Origin: Trichoplax adhaerens | Taxonomy: Eukaryota; Animalia; Placozoa | Direction of reading: 5' to 3' | Length of the DNA: 64,000 nt | Assembly (NCBI RefSeq): GCF_000150275.1 | Contig: NW_002060945.1 | Location: 2,193,172 to 2,257,171 of the forward strand | In this document: one piece after another, positions 55,259 through 64,000 of the stretch | How positions within the stretch are numbered: position 1 is the stretch's first letter | Layout of the letters: every line of letters begins with the position of its first letter | Notes under the pieces: generated by a model | What the model saw: the letters and a program-made list of their open reading frames with translations, nothing else | What the model was told of the DNA's origin: nothing | The model's database searches: none | Position numbers and translations under genes: made by a program

Positions 55259-56097
55259 GAAGAGGTCTTTAACTCAGTCGAACGTTACCAATCACTCTTC
55301 TCACATGCTATCGATCTATAAGCGTTGCCACTCACAAAATACTCTATCTCAATGCCTTTGATAATACTTTGTTGTCATTGCAAACTTGAAAAACTATAAA
55401 ATGGCATAGACTACAGTAATGACAGTAATTATTCATCAATTTTTTGAATTATATAAAATATACTGTAGAGTGTACAATACAGTACAGTATAGATTAGATT
55501 AGTATTTGTAGAGACTCTTAATCCTATTAAAATTACTCCCACTTTATAGCGTCAGTATTCGTACAGTAGTGAATGATAGATAAATACTGTATATGCTGTA
55601 CTGTTCTATATAAATTAATTCTAATATATATTTGTTAGCAGATTCCAAACGGTTTCATATTTTCATTTCGTGGAAGTGGAGTAGAGTGCCGACAATATTG
55701 CATTAGTCCAATACCTTAAAAGGTTTCAGGTCACTGCTTGGGCACCTCTTAGCATACTGTGCTGTACACTACAGTATATTGTACTGTAAAATATACAGTA
55801 TAAAGTACTGTCGAAATGAGTAGTAGCCCATAGTACAGGTCTACGCAAGGGCCCTTATAAACGAAGAAATGGAAATAATAAAATACTCGTACGAATATGA
55901 TAGAATATTATGAAGAGTATGATTATTATTGCTAAGCTGCAGAGGGTCCATTTCACTGAATCGAACGTTTAATCGCTTGAAAAGGTCTGCAATATAGGTT
56001 AAATTGAGTAGTAGTGGGAATAAAATAGGTTAGGCGTGCCTCTATCGAGATATCTTTGCATACTGTACAAGGGAAGAAGATTGACAAAGCGCGTCGG
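55259..56097. promoter_or_regulatory. Putative bidirectional promoter between zeta-tubulin and PIGZ
   Basis: Divergent ATGs at 55258 and 56098. RFX-like sites GTTACCA (55284), GTTGCCA (55324) and GTTGTCATTGCAAA (55371) lie on the tubulin side. A TACAG/CTGTA cluster spans ~55460-55840. Confidence 0.55.
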
Positions 56098-59000
56098 ATG
56101 GAATCACTACCGAATCTGTATTATCTCTTGGCAGTATTAAGAGTCATTCTAACTCTCATGCCCCAGTCTGGATATATTCACCCAGATGAATTTTTCCAAT
56201 CACCAGAGGTTATTGCAGGTTAGACCTATATGAATATTCACGTTTGCTGTGGTTTATTTCGAACGTTATACGCGTATGACGCTTATTGCATCAGTTTGAA
56301 ATGGATAACTTAGCTAGAATCTTCTGTAGATTGTACACTCCAACGTGCAGTAATGCAGAGGTACAGTATCTGAGAATTTGGGAGATTGGATCGCCACAGT
56401 GCACGTAGATATCCATATCGTAATTCTGCTTCGTGTAATATCTCAATGAAGCTATAGTCGATTACAAAATCTTTGATTAATTATGGTATGCCTAAATTGA
56501 GCATAAAATAAAAGTAGATCAACTGTTCATTTATACAGCAGAAAGTGATAGCATGTTTGATCTGATATTATAGGGGATATCTTCGATTATGACACTACGC
56601 GTACTTGGGAATGGAATGTATCATGTCCTTTACGAAATATCATCACTCCATATTTCATATCTGGTTTACCAATGATCTTGCTCAAGTTTCTCAAAGATCT
56701 TTTCTCTATCGATTTGATTTCACCGTATACTTTACTCGTATTGCCTCGACTCTTCTGCTGTGCCTTATCTTTCCTCTTTGGTAAGTTTATATCAGAAGTA
56801 TTCAGCCATCCATTGTCAATACGTATAGCTCGATTTCGATGCATGCATTTTCGTACAGATCGTACCATTGCATTATGCCTCTGTTTGATGAATTTAGTAG
56901 GGATATTAACATATTTTTCAAGGATTATCAAATACGTAAAACGACATTCATGCAAATTTCTTATGCTAACTAAATATGATTATACTGTATTTAGACTATT
57001 CCGTTTGGATAGTATGCCAGCGATTGAACATCAAAAGTAATGACGCAATGGCTTACTTACTAACAACTGCAAGCGCTCATCCAATTTTTATATTCTGCCG
57101 GACATTCAGTAACTTTGTGGAAATGATATTTTTCTCTTGGTTGTTAATAATATATTACTCTACTCAAAAGACTTCACCTTCTGGCAGTTACTGTAACAGA
57201 ACCTGGTTAATAACTGGGATAACAGTCGCAGTTGGTTTCTTTATTAGACCAACGTTCTTGGTTTTTGCCTTTTGGCCAGTTCTTTCAATGTTGTATCATC
57301 AAAGTAAGAATTGATGTATTTAGATAAAAGAAATATTTGGAGACATCTTGCATGCTACTAATAATATCAATAGAATACTGGTATGTCAATTGTCAACTTT
57401 AGTATTAATTTCAGGCTATTAAATCCTTATCTATCAAAATAGGTAGGACAGTAAACCTACAAGCAGCGATTAATGGCTCCATCCGAATGGCAATAAGTGG
57501 TCTATTCATAGCCTTGTTGCTAATTATCGTTGATTCGAACTATTATAGATCAGTGCAAGGAAATTTTGCCATTACGCCACTGTGTTTTATTTTATATAAC
57601 ATCAACGATTCTAATTTAGGTGCAGTGACAATTATGTGATGATATCTATGCTACATAAAATAGTACAAGAGAAATTTAGATGCTGATTATTTGATATGAT
57701 TTGTAGGTACGCATGGTATACACCCCAGAGTTACTCATGGATTAGTCAATATGTTTATGTTATTTGGGCCATTAACAGTTGCACTTTATTATCAAACATT
57801 ACGAGATATTATTAGTTTTCTGGCTAATGCTGGTAATAACGACCAAATTACCCAAGCAAGTATTTCTTTGTCTAACCGATGGTTTTTGAAAGGATGCGTA
57901 TATATTCCATTAGTTATTTTATCATGGATTCCACATCACGAACCGCGATTTATTCTTCCCGTCATTTTTCCATTGCTTATTTTATTCGGGAACAATTTCT
58001 TTGGTAGCCGTAATAGATTTCGTAATTTAATTATTTGGATTTTATTTAATGTACTTGGCATATTAGTTTTCGGATTTATGCATCAAGGTAATTCACAATT
58101 ACAATCGCATTATGGACTAATGTAACAGTTACATATTTTGATCATTGCAAAATGTCTGCACTTAAAGTGGATACCAGATTAAAGATGGAAAATTTTAAGG
58201 TTCTCTTGTATCCATTTAGGTGGCATTTATCCATGCATGAAGTACCTTCACGATAATTATAAACTCGATAATGGTGGGACTACAATTAATCCTTCCACTA
58301 ATGTAATATTTTACCGCACATACATGCCTCCAAAATTTATGTTGGCACAATTCCGAGGTATGATTTGTTTTGATACGTATTGCACAATAATAGGACTCTG
58401 ACCTTGTATCTCTGTATAACGAAAGGTAACAAGAACATAGAAATTTTCGATTTAGCAGGAAGCGATTACGACATTATGTTAAGTACAATTGAATCTTTAG
58501 CGAAGGATAGTCAAAACAGTAGAAAAAGGTTGGTTAATGAATGTTAACTGTTTTTACTTATTTAGTTAAGAATACAATTGCATAGGCTACTGCTTTTATT
58601 AAAAGGGGTTACGTATTGAGGTCTTACTCCAGTACTAAAAGCTTTAAAATAGATAGTACTCAATTTTAAGCATCGCACTAAAGTGACTGCCATATACGCA
58701 TCTTAATGTCTTATTTCTTTATTCGATTGTATTTGAGTTGAGTTATTACTTAAATCATCTCAACTCAAAATTTTGATACCTATTACTCAACTGCTTAAAG
58801 CACTATGGAAATGCTTGATATAGTAATGAATAGTATGAGGCTAAAGTTAAGACTTTATCTTAGATCTCGAATTTTTTAAAAATCCAGGTTAAAATAGCTG
58901 CTTCAATAAGGAAATAAGTGAATGAATTAGTTTTAATAAGTATGATTTCTTCGTCATTTTAGGAATTTATTAGTAACTCCAACTACTGTTCAAGTACCTA

Positions 59001-59215
59001 CACGTTTCAAGCTGGTTAAGAGATTTTTTCCCCATTGGAGTTCGGAAAATCCTCCAAATTTATTGCACTTATTAAATCAATTGTATGACAATTTGTTTAT
59101 ATTAACTAATAGTCAAACTTTCGATGCCTATCATGACATCTTTAATAGAAGTAGTGCTATTTTTACAACTTTGAGATACGAGCTTACCCTTAGTCTTTAT
59201 GAATATGTAGTATAA
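56098..59215 (+). CDS. PIGZ: GPI mannosyltransferase 4 (PIG-Z/Smp3, GT22 family), multi-exon
   Basis: [99 protein letters not shown] and [10 protein letters not shown]. Stop TAA at 59213-59215. Confidence 0.92.
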
Positions 59216-61143
59216 AATATTCCTTAAGTGATCTGTTATTGATTATATTATTTTTTTCTTAACGAATATTAAATAAGTAGATAGCGTTTTGGTAATCCGT
59301 TATGAATTAAGAAATACTATTAGCTTTAAGTAAAAGATTTTTCTTAAAATGGATATTTTTATTTCGTTATTTTTAACCGCGTAAATATGATAATTGTTCG
59401 ATAAATATTCTAGAAATGCAAAAACTGTATGACATGCTGACTATATACGATTGTTACCGTGTTTAATTAAGTACTCGTACAACTAACTAACTTTTTGATC
59501 CAAGTAAGTTACGAAATGAATAAAATGATTATAATATTTGCTAAAATAATGCTTTAGTGTGGACGTAACTTGGCTATAATGGGCTGTAGTGCTTTGTTAC
59601 AATGATATGAAAAACTGTTAAAGAACGTCTTAAGTTGTTTGAACCAAGATTATCGGCATAGCAATTTTTTAGTAGTAGCCTGAGCAACTCCAAAATCTAA
59701 ATTACAGCTATTGATGATTTGCGATCGTAAGAATCTTAGCCTATGTAGTATAGGAGTGTTTAAAGTTTATGAATGTTTAGGTATAACTAATGGACTCATA
59801 AACGCTCTTGAATCAGTTCAAAGCTTATAATCCCGATTTCACCAATTGATCAGTCATTTTATTATGAATAGAAATCAACTTACAATAGCCAATATTTCAC
59901 TTATTCTACAGCAAATTTAATCCTCTTTGTTTATCCTTTTACTTAACTAGCTTAATAACGAAACAGTAATTTAGAAAAAGTAGTTAAATTTGTATTGCAA
60001 TTTGATGCAAATGATACTTTGAAAAGTTAGTTTCATTATAATCATCGCATGACTTCAAATACCGGCATTACAACCATAGTAATAACGACAGACAAAGATT
60101 AATTGCAACCAGATATAGAATGAATCAATTAAAGATTAATACCATAGATTCTTTCCAGTTTTGAATACTATGAAACTATAGATCGATCTTCTATACATAC
60201 TTTAGAAAGCAAATAGGGTATTATTAATTAAGCATTTCAAGTACGTGTTATTTTTAAATCAGCACAATCGAAAGCAACCCTAAATGATAGTTGAACATGT
60301 GATTACAAGAGTATTTAACAGAATTGACCAGCTACTTCAGCTATCATTCCAGTGAAAGCTAGAGTTAGTTGATGCAATGATAATATACCGCGTTACTGGT
60401 TATGCACGCATGAGATATAATCATCAATATCATAATCAGATACATTGTTTTGATGTTGATTTTGATTCGACTCATCGTTCAATGATTTATACATTCGATA
60501 AAACGATAATGAAATGATATATCATAGTGATGAACTCCAACTTGAAAAGAAATAATTTTATATTTTCTAGTCGGTCATAATAATACTATAGTCGTCATCA
60601 ATGGCTATTATATTTTATGCAAGAAAGCATTTAGCAAGAAATTGAGTATAATTATTCTATATCGATAATTATCATTCACTGTATCATTTACCAACATATA
60701 CAGATAATGCTTTAGCTAAAGTTAAATCCATTTGAAATATTGCTAATAATAATGATAAATTAATGTTATATCAATGTACAATGTCAATCAAAATAGATAT
60801 CTTTATATTTCCACGCAAGTTGACGGTGAAGTTAAATCATATACTGTATAACTACAATTCTATTTCGATATTTTATAATTAAAAAATTACCATCAATGCA
60901 ATCGAGATTAAATTATACACTTTAAATCTTAACTCGATCAGGTGAATGTACCAATTATTACCTGCTGGAAACATCGATAATTTGAGTTAATCTCAGATTA
61001 ACATCCGTTAATGTAGTAAATTGGCAAAATATGATTAATACCATTACGATATTTATAAATATCACATTTGATCGTTTTGTGATGAATTAGTCTTTTCGGG
61101 TACTCAAGTATTGATTAGTTTTAAGAAATCCGTATCATAATAG

Positions 61144-64000
61144 TTACATTTCCAATTGATCTGGTGACTCAGAAGATTCATAGCCATCGCTATCTACCAT
61201 AGTTTCTACTACAACGTCGTTAGTATTATCATCAACAGCATCATTAGACTCATCTAATTCAATATTCATTTTTATCATGGCCAAATTATCCTGATGTTGG
61301 CTGCTAATGGAGCTAACATCTGTATTTACACTGTCTGATTTCTCTTTTATTAACGCTTTTTTCTTGATATCATCATTAGGTATGGAACCATTTGTAACTG
61401 TGGATTTGTTCGTTGTTGTTGTGACCGATGATGTTGTTTTCGTTGATGTCGTTGTTGGTGTTATTGTATTTGCAGTCGTAGTTGATGCTGATGTTTGCTG
61501 CGTTTTCTTCGTCTGATCATGATAATTATTTTTGCGGTTAATCGTATTATTTGACTTCAAAAGGTTGCCAGAAAATGAATCGGATTTCTCTAAAACACCG
61601 GTATCTTCAATGGTGACAAACTCCGATGATTGCGTCCGGGTAAAACGGCGGCTATCAAATTTACTAGTAGCTTTCTTGGATAGACTTTGACGCTTTCCTT
61701 GATGATTAGAAGGGCCACCATTAGCTACAGAGTTGCGTTTGGGTCGACTATCGTCTGTTTTTTCAGCTGTCGATGCACGAGATGACCTATTACCTGCTTT
61801 ATGAAACAGATGTAGACAAAATTGAGTTGTTTAGCGAGGTATTTACATTTTCGATCCTTATTCTACTTAAATGATGCTTTTTTATTTATTTACCATAGCA
61901 ATAAATAGTGAAATGTTAATGGCTACTAGACTATCAATTTTTAATTCGGTTTAGCTACTACGTCGGTAATTAAAATTTTCTTGAAAGAATCTTTACTTGC
62001 GCAAGTTATCGATATACAATTAGCGATACTGTATTAGATTAATTTTAACTATTCATAACCATTTTTATTATAATATTTACTGAAATTTTGTAAGCTTATT
62101 CATTTACCTGAACGCTTACAATCATGACATTGATGTAACCATTTTTCATGATTGTCTCTCATAGATTGAATCCAGGGTTTTTCAGTATCTGTCTTTCGTA
62201 ATTCTTCTTCATCATTTTGGTTCATCACATGATGAGAAATTTTATCGATAACTTCACCAAATATGTCAAAGAGTGGATTAACTATAAAGTTGATAAATCC
62301 TATTATGATAGCGTGATCAAAATTAAAGAAAGACAGGTAATTAATTTAAAGAATGACATCTAATAATATGTAATGTTATTAGATGATATAATGATAATAT
62401 GTAATCAATCAGTAATTAATTAATGCTTCGTATAGCTATAGTTTAAGTCTTAAGTTGCTACAGCAATTCGTATGTATAGGAACATGTTATGAACATAAGT
62501 ACTGCATCTATATTTAGAGCAAAAGTTTGATTGCAAAATAAATAATTGTATAAGAAACACGATAGTTGAGTAGTCTTCTCATATATATGATATTGTATAG
62601 TATAAGAGACTCGGTACTGAAATAGTCTTTTTATATCTATGATATTTCATAAAACCGACGATCGAAACCTCTGGATTCAATAAGTTGTTACTATATAATT
62701 TGATTTAACGGAAGTAGTAGCAAACATTTATAATTGTTCAAACTATACAGCACAAAGTTAAAATCTCACTCATAATATGGAGCTGTGATGAGAAATACTG
62801 TGAAATAACTAGGACACGCTCTCAATGTGAAACAAAGATTCAGAAATTATAGCTTCGGCTGAATCCATCCTTAATATGTAGTTTGATGTAATTCAATTTA
62901 TATTTACAATCTTAAATTTGTGAAATTGTTACTCACCAACTTGACTTTCAGGGATTTTCGTCGTCGTTTTATCACATAAAGGTGAGTACGGTAATCCCAG
63001 CTGATGTTCCAATTCTCCCTAAAAGAATTGTTACCACGAAACTTTAGTTTTACTTCCTTAATAATTGGTAGTATAAGATGGAGCTAGTAACGATTTGTAA
63101 TGGAGTGTGCATAGATTCTATTATAGCTATATCAGTCGAAATTAATAGGAACCTGTTTAAAAAATTCATTCATCAGTAAATTCGTCCAACGACTGTGCAA
63201 TTCCCATGATTTGGCGGGATGGCTAATGTCAGCGCAGTGAAGAATATAGTTCAAAACTTTGGTACGATCTATTTTTTCGATTCTATTGCAACATATACGT
63301 GAAAACCGTTAATTAATAAGATAATCAATAAATATCCAAATTTAAAGAATTAGAACTTAATTCAGTTTTAACAGCAGTTTAAGCTAAATGTAAGAATGAT
63401 ATCGTGTGGAACGAAATACATCGTATAAAACTACTAACAAATATAATGTCCTTTTAATTTGTAAAAACTGAACTCAATAACGATAATTTTTGATAAAAAT
63501 TGGTATGCAATTATTACTTTGAGGGTACAATAGAAATTTAATGAAATAGCAATCTGCTCACCCTTTTGGATTTAGTAATGATCTTTTCATAAATTCAACT
63601 TGCTGAAAATGCGTTGTCATATCAGTCGCTAATACCATGTCGATAATCATGCATCTAATTTCCCTATTAAGCGCAATGTTTAAAACATGGTTAAGGCATA
63701 GTAAATAAGGGAATGAATTACCTATGATCAACTAAAATGGTAAATTTTTATTTACCTAAACTGTTCATAGGAAAATCCTTTTAAGATGGGATGTTCAGGC
63801 TAGAATTTAGTTAGAAGCATGGAAATCTTAATATCTTATTTTATAATAATATTTATTGTTGAATTATTCGTAATAATTATGATGACGTAAAAAATTAATG
63901 TTCATTGAAATAAATGAATTCTACCTGTGTTATAACACGAAATGCACAGGATATGTGATGATTCTCTAAAACTGATCGATCGTTATACATTAAAGCAAGT
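61144..64000 (-). CDS. Class I cyclic nucleotide phosphodiesterase, PDE1-like; 3' part only (5' end outside the window), with a long Thr/Ser/acidic low-complexity tail
   Basis: Exons give LENHHISCAF, IIDMVLATDMTTHFQQ, ILHCADISHPAKSWELHSRWT.LLMNEFFKQ/GELE..LGLPYSPLCDK..IPESQV/GFINFIVNPLF. ADISHP.K.W..H.RWT and LGLP.SPLCD are typical of PDE1. The terminal exon includes ORF 61144-61560. Confidence 0.85.

Noticed and set aside
56587-57040. Minus ORF 56587-56955 and the read-through part of plus ORF 56672-57040
   Set aside because: Antisense shadow, and extension of a PIGZ exon into intron (true donor gtaagt at ~56781).
61307-61516. Val-rich plus-strand ORF
   Set aside because: Antisense of the Thr-rich PDE tail.

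Overview
This is AT-rich eukaryotic DNA (roughly one-third GC by eye) with many short GT-AG introns, mostly about 60-300 bp. The gene set is animal, and the compact intron-dense layout suggests an early-branching metazoan such as a placozoan (inference only). I reconstructed seven spliced protein-coding genes by hand: BMPER/Crossveinless-2 (-, 1465-7473), FLACC1/ALS2CR12-like coiled-coil protein (+, 22791-28155), WDR86 (-, 30395-32494), LARP4 (-, 38462-41751), zeta-tubulin (-, 51348-55258), PIGZ (+, 56098-59215) and the 3' part of a PDE1-type phosphodiesterase (-, 61144 to window end). A ~15 kb gene-free interval separates BMPER and FLACC1. Main observations: (1) Cv2 lacks the GDPH autocleavage site and the TIL domain and has paired cysteine losses, with BMP-response-like elements upstream. 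(2) An unannotated multi-exon minus-strand transcript at ~46.1-49.7 kb has micro-exons and an in-frame UGA. (3) LARP4 has a uORF-dense spliced leader. (4) RFX X-boxes lie at the cilia/centriole genes. (5) TACAG-pentamer palindromic clusters mark putative promoters. I saw no tRNA, rRNA, CRISPR array or intact transposon. All homology calls are from recalled motifs, not database searches.
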